Part shown: one piece after another, positions 28,915 through 38,269 of the stretch
Layout of the letters: each line of letters starts with the position of its first letter
Numbering within the stretch: the stretch's first letter is position 1
DNA from: Candidatus Latescibacterota bacterium
Lineage (GTDB): Bacteria > Latescibacterota > UBA2968 > UBA8231
Assembly: GCA_965217585.1 (NCBI GenBank)
Contig: OZ244561.1
Span: 4,640,001 to 4,704,000, forward strand
DNA: 64,000 nucleotides
Reading direction: 5' to 3'
Program-made: the position numbers and the translations under genes
Notes under the pieces: model-generated
What the model saw: the letters and a program-made list of their open reading frames with translations, nothing else
The model's database searches: none
Told to the model about the DNA's origin: nothing

Positions 28915-30630
28915 ATGATAACCGAATCATTAGAAACGCGCATTAGCGCGGCACTGGCCCGAGCGGGCGCGCCCGCGGATTCCCCGGCCCTCGTCGGCCC
29001 GGCTACTCGCCCGGAGTTCGGCGACTACCAAGCCAACGGCGTGATGGCCGCGGCCAAGAAGCTGAAGACCAACCCCCGCGCGCTCGCCGCCCAGGTCGTG
29101 GAGGAACTGGATCTGGAGGACATGGCCGCGTCCGTAGATATCGCTGGCCCGGGCTTTATCAATATCCAGCTCAAAGGCGAGTGGCTGGCTGCGCAGTTAG
29201 GGAATGTGCTGGCCGATCCGCGACTCGGCGTGCCCAAGGCTGCGCCGCAAAAGGTCGTAATCGACTACTCGCATCCCAATTTGGCCAAGGAAATGCACAT
29301 CGGCCATCTGCGCAGCACAGTCATCGGCGACGCCATCGCCCGCGTCCTCAAATTCTCGGGCCACGAGGTCGTGCGCCACAATCACGTGGGCGACTGGGGG
29401 ACGCAGTTTGGGATGCTCATCGCCCACTTGGACCAGCTCGCGGACCCGGCCACGGAATTGGCCGACCTAGAAATATTCTACCAATCGGCGCGTCAGCGCT
29501 TTGACCAGGACGAGGCCTTCGCCGACCTGTCGCGGGAATACGTGGTCAAATTGCAAGGCGGCGACCCGCACGTGCTGAGGATGTGGCAGCAGTTCATCGA
29601 CGAGTCGCTCGCCCACGGCCAGCGCATATACGCCGCGCTAGGAGTCGGTCTTGAGCCAGCAGATGTGCGGGGCGAGAGCGCGTACAACGACGACTTGCCC
29701 CGCGTGGTCGAGGATTTGCAGGACAAGGGCCTGCTGGTGGAGTCCAACGGTGCGCAGTGCGTTTTCTTGGAGGAATTCAAAAACAAGGACGGTCAGATCA
29801 CGCCGGTGATCGTGCAGAAGTCGGACGGCGGCTATCTCTATGCGACGAGCGACCTCGCGGCCGTGCGCTACCGGGCCGGCGCGCTCGCGGCTGACCGCAT
29901 CCTCTACATCGTCGATGCACGCCAGTCGTTTCACTTGCAGCAGGTCTTCGCGGTGGCGCGGGCGGCTGGGTACGCGCCCGCGACGACCGCTTTGGAGCAC
30001 CACGCGTTTGGCGCGATTCTCGGCGCGGACAACCGGCCGTTTAGGACGCGGGCTGGCGGCACGGTCAAGCTGATGGACGTGCTGGAGGAAGGCGTGGAGC
30101 GGGCCTTTGCCCAAGTGAGTGAGAAAAACCCCGCGATGGATGAGGCCGAGCGGCGGCAGATCGCCCGCGTGATTGGCATTGGCAGCGTCAAGTACATGGA
30201 GTTGTCGTTCAACCGCACCTCGGACTACGTGTTCGACTGGGACAAGATGCTGGCCCTCGATGGCAACACCGCTCCGTACATGCTCTACTCGTATGCCCGC
30301 ATCAAGAGTATGTTCCGTCGCGCCGGTGTGGATGAAGGTGCGCTCAGCGGCGCGATAACGGTCGGCGAAAGGGCCGAGAGTGCGCTTGCCATCAAGCTGT
30401 TGCAGTTTCCCGAGGTGGTCGCGGCCGTGGCCCACCAGTGCTATCCGCACATGCTCTGTAGCTATCTCTACGAGCTGTCCGACGCCTTTATGAAGTTCTA
30501 CGAGCAGTGCCCGGTCCTCCGCGCAGACGAGCCGTTGCGCACGAGCCGGCTGCTGCTGGCGCTGCTGACCGCGCGCATCCTGCGCCAGGGACTCGACCTG
30601 CTAGGCATTGAGACCCTTGAGAGAATGTGA
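28915..30630 (+). CDS. argS: Arginine--tRNA ligase
   Basis: FGDYQ.N, AGPGFIN, MHIGHLRS, GDWGTQFG, GNTAPY..Y.YAR, LERM end. Confidence 0.95.
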   Translation: MITESLETRISAALARAGAPADSPALVGPATRPEFGDYQANGVMAAAKKLKTNPRALAAQVVEELDLEDMAASVDIAGPGFINIQLKGEWLAAQLGNVLADPRLGVPKAAPQKVVIDYSHPNLAKEMHIGHLRSTVIGDAIARVLKFSGHEVVRHNHVGDWGTQFGMLIAHLDQLADPATELADLEIFYQSARQRFDQDEAFADLSREYVVKLQGGDPHVLRMWQQFIDESLAHGQRIYAALGVGLEPADVRGESAYNDDLPRVVEDLQDKGLLVESNGAQCVFLEEFKNKDGQITPVIVQKSDGGYLYATSDLAAVRYRAGALAADRILYIVDARQSFHLQQVFAVARAAGYAPATTALEHHAFGAILGADNRPFRTRAGGTVKLMDVLEEGVERAFAQVSEKNPAMDEAERRQIARVIGIGSVKYMELSFNRTSDYVFDWDKMLALDGNTAPYMLYSYARIKSMFRRAGVDEGALSGAITVGERAESALAIKLLQFPEVVAAVAHQCYPHMLCSYLYELSDAFMKFYEQCPVLRADEPLRTSRLLLALLTARILRQGLDLLGIETLERM

Positions 30631-30640
30631 GGCGTGGGCC

Positions 30641-31174
30641 ATGACGAGGGGGCCGGTATTTCTGGCTGGTTTTATGGGCGTGGGCAAGACCCAGGTCGGG
30701 CGCATTCTGGCGCGGCAGCTAGGGCGTTGCTTTTTGGACACCGACCGGATGATCGAACAGCGCGCCGGCAAGACCATTGCGGAGATTTTCGCCGACGAAG
30801 GCGAGGCGCACTTCCGCCAGCTAGAGCGCGACTGCGTCCTCGAAACCTGTCAGCGCCCGGATGCCGTAGTGGCCTTGGGTGGTGGGGCAGTTACTCGCGC
30901 CGACAACGTCGCGGCCGTGCGCTGTGCTGGCGTCTTGGTGTGCCTCAAGGCGGACGTGGATACGATTTTTGCCCGAATCAGTCGGCGCTCTAACCGGCCT
31001 CTGCTCGCCGGGTTGGACCCGCAGGCGCAGCGCGCCAAGATAGAGACCTTGCTCAGCGAGCGTGCTCCTTACTACGACCAAGCCCATATCGAGCTGTACA
31101 CCACGCAGGCGCAGACGCCTGAGGACACGGCCGGGCAACTCCGCGACTTGCTGGAGAGCTATGCAAAGAATTGA
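30641..31174 (+). CDS. aroK: Shikimate kinase
   Basis: GFMGVGKT, EIFADEGEAHFR, ALGGG, RPLL. Confidence 0.93.
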   Translation: MTRGPVFLAGFMGVGKTQVGRILARQLGRCFLDTDRMIEQRAGKTIAEIFADEGEAHFRQLERDCVLETCQRPDAVVALGGGAVTRADNVAAVRCAGVLVCLKADVDTIFARISRRSNRPLLAGLDPQAQRAKIETLLSERAPYYDQAHIELYTTQAQTPEDTAGQLRDLLESYAKN

Positions 31175-32264
31175 CTTAGACATCCCGGGGGCTGCATACC
31201 CCATTTTCGTCGGCCACGATATCTTAGGGGAACTAGGGCCGCGCTGCCGCGACTTGGCTTTAGGCCGGCAGGTCGCGCTAGTGAGCGACGAGGTCGTGGC
31301 CGCGCGCTACCTGCAACCTGCGGCCGCGAGCTTGCGCGCCGCTGGATTTGAGGTGTTGGAGATTGTCTATGCCGGAGGCGAGGAAGCTAAGAACCTGCAC
31401 GGGGCCGAGGGCATCTTCGCGCAGATGATCGCGGCCGAGTTCGACCGCGGTGCCTGGATTGCGGCCTTGGGTGGGGGCGTAGTCGGCGACATGGCGGGCT
31501 TTGTGGCCTCTACCTATTTGCGCGGTGTGCCCTATGTGCAGGTGCCTACGACCATTGTCGCGCAGGTGGATTCGAGCATCGGCGGCAAGACGGGAGTCAA
31601 CCACGCGCTGGGCAAAAACCTGATCGGCACCTTTCACCAGCCGCGCTTGGTCTTGGCCGACACCAACGCGCTGCACTCGCTGCCGAGGCGGGAGCGGGTC
31701 GCGGGCATGGCCGAGGTGGTCAAACACGGGCTGATCCGCGACGCCGCGCTCTTCGCCTTTTTGGAGGAGCATTTGGAGGAAGTCGTGGATATGGCGTTGG
31801 TACCGGAGACCTTGGACTGGCTCATCGGCCGCAATGTCGAGATCAAGGCCGAGGTGGTGGCCGCCGACGAGAAGGAGCAGGGCTTGCGGGCCATCCTCAA
31901 TTACGGGCACACCATTGGGCACGCGATTGAGGCCGCCACGGACTACGGACGCTACCGGCACGGGGAGGCGATAATTTTGGGCTTGATCGCCGCGGGCGAA
32001 ATCGCCTGCCGCGAGGGGTTTTGGCCCGAAGCAGAGAGGCAGCGGCAGGACGCGTTGCTGGAGCGGTTGGGGGTGCCCGGGGGGTTGGCCGAGGTGGAGG
32101 CGGAGCGGATTTTGACCTGTGCCAAGGCCGACAAGAAGCGAGTGGATGGGCGGCTGCGGTTCGTGTTGGGTCGGCGGATTGGGGAGGTGGAGGTCGTGGA
32201 AGGAATAACCGATGCGACGGTGCGCGCAGCCATTGAATACGCGCAGCGCTTTTGCGAGGAATGA
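31161..32264 (+). CDS. aroB: 3-dehydroquinate synthase
   Basis: LGGGVVGDMAGF, QVDSSIGGKTGVN, KNLIGTFHQP, LNYGHTIGHA. Confidence 0.95.
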   Translation: MQRIDLDIPGAAYPIFVGHDILGELGPRCRDLALGRQVALVSDEVVAARYLQPAAASLRAAGFEVLEIVYAGGEEAKNLHGAEGIFAQMIAAEFDRGAWIAALGGGVVGDMAGFVASTYLRGVPYVQVPTTIVAQVDSSIGGKTGVNHALGKNLIGTFHQPRLVLADTNALHSLPRRERVAGMAEVVKHGLIRDAALFAFLEEHLEEVVDMALVPETLDWLIGRNVEIKAEVVAADEKEQGLRAILNYGHTIGHAIEAATDYGRYRHGEAIILGLIAAGEIACREGFWPEAERQRQDALLERLGVPGGLAEVEAERILTCAKADKKRVDGRLRFVLGRRIGEVEVVEGITDATVRAAIEYAQRFCEE

Positions 32265-32269
32265 GATAA

Positions 32270-33589
32270 ATGAGTGAAAATCAGCCTCACAAAGTTCACC
32301 TAGTCAGCTTAGGATGCCCGAAAAACACGGTCGATTCTGAGCGGATGCAGGGGCTTTTGCAGGGCCATGCCTATCAGATGACGGACGTGCCGGAAGAAGC
32401 GGACGTGGTGGTGGTCAATACCTGCGGCTTTATCGAACCGGCCAAAGAGGAGTCCCTCGCCGCGATTATGGACGCGCATCGGCTCAAACAAGAGGGTCAG
32501 TGCGAGGGAGTGATTGTCACGGGGTGTCTATCGACGCGCTACTACGAGGAGCTAGCGCAGGAGTTGGTGGAGGCCGACAAGCTGTTGACGATCGCCGACG
32601 AGGCCGACATCGTCCACCACGTTGACGACGTGTTGGGCGTCCAGCGGCCCAGGTACTTGGCCAGCTTGCCGCGAACCTCGCTGACGCCCAAGCACTGGGC
32701 GTACCTGCGCATATCGGACGGCTGCGATCATCAATGCGCCTTTTGCGCCATTCCCGCCATCCGCGGGCGGCACGTGAGCGAGCCGGTCGAACAGCTCGTG
32801 GCCGAGGCCGAGCGGCTGGCCGCGGAAGGGGTGCGGGAGCTGGTCTTGGTCTCGCAGGACTCGGTGCGCTACGGGGCCGACCTCTACGGCCGGCCGCAGC
32901 TCGTGCGCCTCTTAAACGCGCTCGCCGAGGTGGAGGGCATTGAGTGGATGCGCTTGATGTACACCTATCCGGCGTTCTGGACCGAGGAACTGATCGACTT
33001 CTACGCCACGTGCGACAAAATGTGCCGGTACATCGACATGCCGCTGCAACACATCTCCGACCCAGTGCTCAAGCGCATGAAGCGGGCGACGACGCGCCAA
33101 AAGACACTCGATTTGTTGGCGCAGCTGCGGGAGCGGCTGCCGGGGGCTGGGCTGCGCTCGACGTTCATCGTCGGCTTCCCCGGCGAGACCGAAGCCGATT
33201 TTGCCGCCTTGCTGGAGTTCGTGGCCGAGACGCGCTTTGACTACGCGACCGGCTTTCTCTACTCACCGGAAGATGAGACTTCGGCGTATGAGCTTGGCGA
33301 TCCGGTCGCCGAGGAGGTCAAGCAGGAGCGCTACAGCCGCCTGACGCAACTACAGGAGCGCGTGGGCACGGAGAAAAGCGACGAGCTCGTCGGCACGCGG
33401 CAGGTGGTCTTGGTCGATGCGCGCGAGGGGGCAGTGTGCTATGGGCGGATGGAGCGCGATGCCCCGGAAATCGACGGCCAAGTCGTCATCGCCGAGGGCA
33501 CGCCTCCGGTGGGTTCTTTCGTCGAAGTGGAGATCACCGCCGCCGCGCCCTACGAGCTGAGTGCTAAGGTAGTGGGAGAGCCGCGTTGA
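32270..33589 (+). CDS. rimO: Ribosomal protein S12 methylthiotransferase
   Basis: SLGCPKN.VDSE, NTCGFI, radical SAM CDHQCAFC, APEIDG TRAM domain. Confidence 0.93.
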   Translation: MSENQPHKVHLVSLGCPKNTVDSERMQGLLQGHAYQMTDVPEEADVVVVNTCGFIEPAKEESLAAIMDAHRLKQEGQCEGVIVTGCLSTRYYEELAQELVEADKLLTIADEADIVHHVDDVLGVQRPRYLASLPRTSLTPKHWAYLRISDGCDHQCAFCAIPAIRGRHVSEPVEQLVAEAERLAAEGVRELVLVSQDSVRYGADLYGRPQLVRLLNALAEVEGIEWMRLMYTYPAFWTEELIDFYATCDKMCRYIDMPLQHISDPVLKRMKRATTRQKTLDLLAQLRERLPGAGLRSTFIVGFPGETEADFAALLEFVAETRFDYATGFLYSPEDETSAYELGDPVAEEVKQERYSRLTQLQERVGTEKSDELVGTRQVVLVDAREGAVCYGRMERDAPEIDGQVVIAEGTPPVGSFVEVEITAAAPYELSAKVVGEPR

Positions 33590-33903
33590 ATAAGGCGAGG
33601 CCGCGCGACATCGCCGTGGATGGCCAGGCCGGCGAGTTGGTCATTGCGTGGAGCGATGGCCGCGAGAGCCGTTACAGCTTGGAGGGGTTGCGGCGCGAGT
33701 GCCCTTGCGCCCACTGCCGGGAACTGCGCGATACGAGCGAAGGGGGGTTGACGCTCTTGCAGCCCGAGGCAGTGTCGGCCACGGCCGAGGTGCGGGGGGT
33801 TAGCTACGTCGGGCGCTACGGCATTCGCATCGAATGGGCCGACGGGCATGATCACGGCATTTATACGTTTGAGTTTTTTCGCGCGATAGACGCGGGCGGA
33901 TGA
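33586..33903 (+). CDS. DUF971/GBBH-like N-terminal domain protein
   Basis: W.DG, LRRECPCAHC, VGRYGI.I.WADGH..GIY. Confidence 0.85.
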   Translation: MNKARPRDIAVDGQAGELVIAWSDGRESRYSLEGLRRECPCAHCRELRDTSEGGLTLLQPEAVSATAEVRGVSYVGRYGIRIEWADGHDHGIYTFEFFRAIDAGG

Positions 33904-33930
33904 GGCAAGGCGGGTTTTGGGAAGCGAGCG

Positions 33931-33957
33931 ACCACCCCTGACAGGGTGGTTTTTTTT
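33931..33957 (+). terminator. Intrinsic terminator ending the aromatic supra-operon
   Basis: ACCACCC-CTGACA-GGGTGGT followed by T run. Confidence 0.75.
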
Positions 33958-36022
33958 ATGCCGCTTGGCGCACCGGAACGTCGCGGGGGGCGCGGGCGAT
34001 CCACTGCTCGGCGAGGAGGAGGGCGAGGGCCAAAATCAGGAATTCGCGCCATAGCTCGCGGCCGTGGCGGTTGCCCAAAACTGCGAGGCGCAGGTCGTCG
34101 CCCGGGCTGAGGAAATGGACTTCTGCGTCTGCGAAAACGCTCCGTACGTACTCGGGTACTACGGGTGCGAGCGCGGATTCGCGGGCGTCGAGGTTGACGG
34201 CGAACGCATCGACCACTGCGCCCGCAGTGCGCAGGTGCCAGATGCCGGCCTCGCCGACTTGGGGAATTTTCCACAAGTATTGGCCGCCGACGCGCTCCGG
34301 CTCCAAGCGCAGGCGCTCGCCCGACGGCGTTTCGGCCTCTACCGCAGCTTCCATTGGCACATCGGCCAAGCGGCGATAGACCGTTTCCCCGACCAAGTAG
34401 GTAGCGCGGCGGTCGGGCGGCAAGCTCAGTTCGCGCACCAAGCGGTGCAGGAGCGGGGCGAACAACCCGCGTTGGTGCAGGTCGTTCCACTGCGGGTCAA
34501 TGGGGAACGCCGCGAGCGCGACGCGCCCCTGCTCCTTCCAAGCTAGCGCCATGGCGAGCTGCCCGCCGTCGAAGCGGGCCAAGGGGAGGAGGTCGGGCGC
34601 GGGGACCATGGCGAAATAGGCGTAGAAGCGCGGTTGATCTCCGTCGTCGGCGAGGAGGTCTGTGAAGAGTCGGTGGTGCGGCTCTTCCTCGTCTAGGACT
34701 TGATAGATGGCCGCGTTGCCGGGCGAGCCGATCCGGTCTTTGAAGCGTCCCGGGGTCAGGCCGGGCAAGAGGTCGCGGTTGTAGTAGCCGAGGTCACTGT
34801 GCGGCGCGGGGAAGAGGACCACGCCCCCGCCACCGGCGACGAATTCGTCCAAGGCTGTCTTTTGCGCCGCGCTCAGCCGCGCGAGGTTGCAGAGCACGAG
34901 CACATCTACTCCGGCGAGGGCGTTGGCGTTGAGGTCGGCAAAGAGACCGGTGCGAATTTTCACGACCGGATCGGAGAGGGCCGCCGCCCCGAGTGCCCGG
35001 CGCGCATAGTACGCGTCCTCGGGTCGCTCGCCCAACAGCAGCACGGTGATGGCGGTGGGCAGGTCGAGCGTGAAGTAGCGGCGGTTGTCGAGCGCGAGGG
35101 CATCGTCGGCGAGCGCGACGTGTCCACTCAGCCGCCCGGGCCGTCGCGGTGAGAAGCTGAGTGCTACTTGGGTCGTGCCCGGCGCTCCGGGATCCACGCC
35201 TTGGCGACGCACGCGCTGACCATCGACAAAAAGGTCGAGCGTTGTGCCCTCACCGCTGTGGGCGATTGCGGCTTGCAAGGCGACCTTGGCGTCGGCAGCG
35301 AGCATCCAACTCGGGGCCGCGACCCGCTTGACGTAGGCATTCGACCGGGTCTGGGCGCGGGGACCAGCGACATAGACGCGCGCGCCAGCAAAGGACGGGG
35401 CCGAGTCGTCGAGTTGATCCCAGTTGTATTGGGCCAAATCGGTAAAAATAAAAAGTTCGTGCGCTAATTCGGATTCTTGGTTTAAGCGTTGGGCCGCCGC
35501 GTGTAAGGCAGCGCGCAAGTCCGTCGCCTCTTGCGTCGGCGCGAGTTCGGCAATGCGCTCGGCCAAGTAGGCGCGGTCGCCCGCTAAAGGGGCGTGGGGC
35601 CGTTGGGCAAAAGGCTGTACGGCCACTTGATCGCGCGGGGGTAAAACAGCCAGCAGGTCGCCGAGTTGGAACTGGAGCTGGTCGAAGAAGGAGCCAGAAG
35701 GCCGTTGGTAGCGGGTGCTGTACGACAGATCCAAGAGCGCGTGAACGGTCACCGGGCGATCTCCGCCTCCCCATCCGCCGCCGGCTTGATACGTCGGGCG
35801 GGCAAAGGCGCAGACGATGAGCGCGACGATGAGGGTGCGCAGCAAGAGAACCAGCCACTGGCGTAGCTGGAGCCGCCGCATGCGGTTTTGCTGTAGCTGG
35901 CGCAGAAAGGCGAAGTCGCTGAAAGGATGGGGCTGGGCACGCCCTCGATGCAGCAGGTGGATGGCTAGAGGGAGGGCTGCCGCTACTAGTCCGAGGAGGA
36001 CCGCGGGATTGAGAAACTGCAA
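33956..36022 (-). CDS. BatA-domain/vWA-like membrane protein
   Basis: MQFLNP..L.GL....P..IHL, LLLRTL....AFARP, LLDLSYS, NLDARES, ELW...LLLAE. Confidence 0.85.
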   Translation of the reverse strand: MQFLNPAVLLGLVAAALPLAIHLLHRGRAQPHPFSDFAFLRQLQQNRMRRLQLRQWLVLLLRTLIVALIVCAFARPTYQAGGGWGGGDRPVTVHALLDLSYSTRYQRPSGSFFDQLQFQLGDLLAVLPPRDQVAVQPFAQRPHAPLAGDRAYLAERIAELAPTQEATDLRAALHAAAQRLNQESELAHELFIFTDLAQYNWDQLDDSAPSFAGARVYVAGPRAQTRSNAYVKRVAAPSWMLAADAKVALQAAIAHSGEGTTLDLFVDGQRVRRQGVDPGAPGTTQVALSFSPRRPGRLSGHVALADDALALDNRRYFTLDLPTAITVLLLGERPEDAYYARRALGAAALSDPVVKIRTGLFADLNANALAGVDVLVLCNLARLSAAQKTALDEFVAGGGGVVLFPAPHSDLGYYNRDLLPGLTPGRFKDRIGSPGNAAIYQVLDEEEPHHRLFTDLLADDGDQPRFYAYFAMVPAPDLLPLARFDGGQLAMALAWKEQGRVALAAFPIDPQWNDLHQRGLFAPLLHRLVRELSLPPDRRATYLVGETVYRRLADVPMEAAVEAETPSGERLRLEPERVGGQYLWKIPQVGEAGIWHLRTAGAVVDAFAVNLDARESALAPVVPEYVRSVFADAEVHFLSPGDDLRLAVLGNRHGRELWREFLILALALLLAEQWIARAPRDVPVRQAA

Positions 36023-36040
36023 GGCGGGGAAGGTGCCGCG

Positions 36041-36514
36041 CTAGCTCGCAGAAGGAATATCGCGCTCTGCAGCTTCGATGGTGGCGATGATTTCCTCGGC
36101 CGAATTCGCTTCGATGAGCTTCTTTTTGAACGCGTCGTTTTTGAGCAAGCGCGAAATCCGCGCCAGCGCCTTGATGTGGGGGCCGGAGACATTGGCCGGG
36201 GAAACCAGCAGGAAGAACACGAAGGCTGGCTCGCCGTCGAGGGCATCGAAATCAACTCCCCGCCGCTGGGTGCCCATGGCCGCGACCAATTTAGTCGCCG
36301 CGGCCGACTTGCCGTGGGGGATGGCGATGCCGTCGCCGATGCCCGTGCTCATGATCTTTTCGCGGTCGAGTACAGCTTGCAATACTTGGTCGCGGTCGGT
36401 GATGGAGTCGCCGACTACGAGCGAGTTGACCAGCTCGGCGATGATATCCTCTTTGGATTCTCCTTTGAGGTCAACTATGGTGGATTCGGGCGACAGAATA
36501 TCCAACAGGTTCAT
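36041..36514 (-). CDS. PTS EIIA (Ntr/fructose family) protein
   Basis: REKIMSTGIGDGIAIPH, FDALDGEP, HIKALARISR. Confidence 0.9.
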   Translation of the reverse strand: MNLLDILSPESTIVDLKGESKEDIIAELVNSLVVGDSITDRDQVLQAVLDREKIMSTGIGDGIAIPHGKSAAATKLVAAMGTQRRGVDFDALDGEPAFVFFLLVSPANVSGPHIKALARISRLLKNDAFKKKLIEANSAEEIIATIEAAERDIPSAS

Positions 36515-36581
36515 GCGCGTTATCTCCGAGTGATTTGTTGAAAAATAAGCCATCCCCGCGACATTCGTCAACCACTCATTG

Positions 36582-37079
36582 TTATTGAGTTATGGCTTTT
36601 ACAAGTCGCGGTACCACGAAGTAGAGCAAGCGCCCGCGACTAATTTCTTCCCAAGAGTGGACGCCCAATTCGACCGCGGCTAGGCCCGCAGTCGGCAGGT
36701 AGATGCGCGCGCCCGTTAGCTCGCAGATCCACTCCTCCAGCCCTGGGTTGTGGGCAATGATGAGTCCGGTCTGCGCGCTGTCTGGCAAGCCAGCCGCCGC
36801 TTGGGCCAAGGTGCTGGGGGACGAGAGGTAGAGCGCGTCGTCCAAGTGCAGGACGCTCGCCGGCAGGCCGAGGGATGCGGCTAGGCCGGTGGCCGTCTGG
36901 TGCGCCCGGAGCGCTGCCGAGGCCAGCACGAGCTCGGGGCGCGGGCCATACACTGCGAGCAGGCGGGCGATGCGGGGCAAATCCGCACGGCCGCGCTTGT
37001 TGAGCGGACGGTCGAAATCGTCGCTTATCCCGGGGGGATAATCCGACTTGGCGTGGCGCATTATTAGCAAGGTCTTCAT
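36582..37079 (-). CDS. sixA: Phosphohistidine phosphatase SixA family
   Basis: MRHAKS, DFDRPLNKRG, A.RA.QT, HNPGL. Confidence 0.85.
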   Translation of the reverse strand: MKTLLIMRHAKSDYPPGISDDFDRPLNKRGRADLPRIARLLAVYGPRPELVLASAALRAHQTATGLAASLGLPASVLHLDDALYLSSPSTLAQAAAGLPDSAQTGLIIAHNPGLEEWICELTGARIYLPTAGLAAVELGVHSWEEISRGRLLYFVVPRLVKAITQ

Positions 37080-37196
37080 GGAAATTAGGAATTGGGAACG
37101 TGTTGGTTGCGTGAGCATTTACTAGAGGGTATTTTTATCAACAGCAAGATAGTGTGTGCCTGCGCTCGATACAAACGCGACTCAGGATTTCTATTC

Positions 37197-38267
37197 ATGG
37201 TTCCGCAACCCGTAGAGCTCAATTTAACCATCCGCCCCCAGCGGCGCTTTGCAATCATCGACATCGCCGAGCTGATCCGCGAGCAAGTCGGCGACGAGCT
37301 GCGCCCCTTTCGCAAAGCCGCGTACTGTTCATTTCACACTACGGCCGGCTATATAGAGCAGGGCATGTGTCGGCGCTTGGGGCACAGCCGCAAGCAGATC
37401 GACCCATTTATCCGCGCCATCAAAAAGATATTTCCCTACAACGCTGGCTATTTCCACGACCGCATGCAGCTACGCGACGAGCTGAGCGAGGGCGAAAAGG
37501 AAAAGGAGCCGGTCAACGCCGACTCGCATCTGACCTTTATCGCCGCGGGTCTCAAAAACTGCGTGACTTATATCCACCGCCCTGAGCAGCCGGTGTACTT
37601 CATTGAGCTAGACGGTATCTACAAGCACTACGTGCGCAACCGGCGCACCGCAGTCATGGCCTACAACCGCGCCGAAATCGTGCATCGCGGTCGGGTGGAG
37701 ATTCCAGTGGCCGACAGCCATGCGATCGACGCCTTCAACCTCAAGGATCCGCGCTACGGTCTCTTTGAAACGCTTGCCGATCGGCTGCGGCAATGCGGCA
37801 TAGACAAAGGCTGCATCGACATTCGCCTCGCCCCGGAGGAAAAGCACGTCGGCATGACCGTCAACGAGTACGAGACCCTGTTGATGCGCAACGACTTGCC
37901 CCAGGCCCTCAGCGATCCGCTGCGCTACGTGCTCCAGCACGGCAAGCGTCTTCTGCGGCATCCCGCCTCCATCCCCGGCAAGATGCACGCCTACGCAGCC
38001 TACGATTCCCTGCGCTTCTACAACGAATTGCTCGATCAAGTTCCGGTGGGGCGGTCGGTCATCGACCGCATATTTTCGGTGTTGTCAACGCCGGCCCAGC
38101 GCATCTTGCGCCTGAAGCGCCACATCCGGCTGCTGGTTTCAGACAGCGCGGGAGCCGGGGCGGATCGCATTCTACAGGGCACGTACCAAAGCCCGATTCT
38201 GGTGCAGCACCAACCGGCTGCGGGCGGCGTGCGCGCGCTCGACGTCACCCTGCGCCGCTTCGTCTGA
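37197..38267 (+). CDS. Hypothetical protein with two YjbQ/UPF0047-like modules
   Basis: HTTAG, NADSHL, FIELDG in first half; MTVNE and QGTYQ in second half. Confidence 0.55.
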   Translation: MVPQPVELNLTIRPQRRFAIIDIAELIREQVGDELRPFRKAAYCSFHTTAGYIEQGMCRRLGHSRKQIDPFIRAIKKIFPYNAGYFHDRMQLRDELSEGEKEKEPVNADSHLTFIAAGLKNCVTYIHRPEQPVYFIELDGIYKHYVRNRRTAVMAYNRAEIVHRGRVEIPVADSHAIDAFNLKDPRYGLFETLADRLRQCGIDKGCIDIRLAPEEKHVGMTVNEYETLLMRNDLPQALSDPLRYVLQHGKRLLRHPASIPGKMHAYAAYDSLRFYNELLDQVPVGRSVIDRIFSVLSTPAQRILRLKRHIRLLVSDSAGAGADRILQGTYQSPILVQHQPAAGGVRALDVTLRRFV

Positions 38268-38269
38268 GC

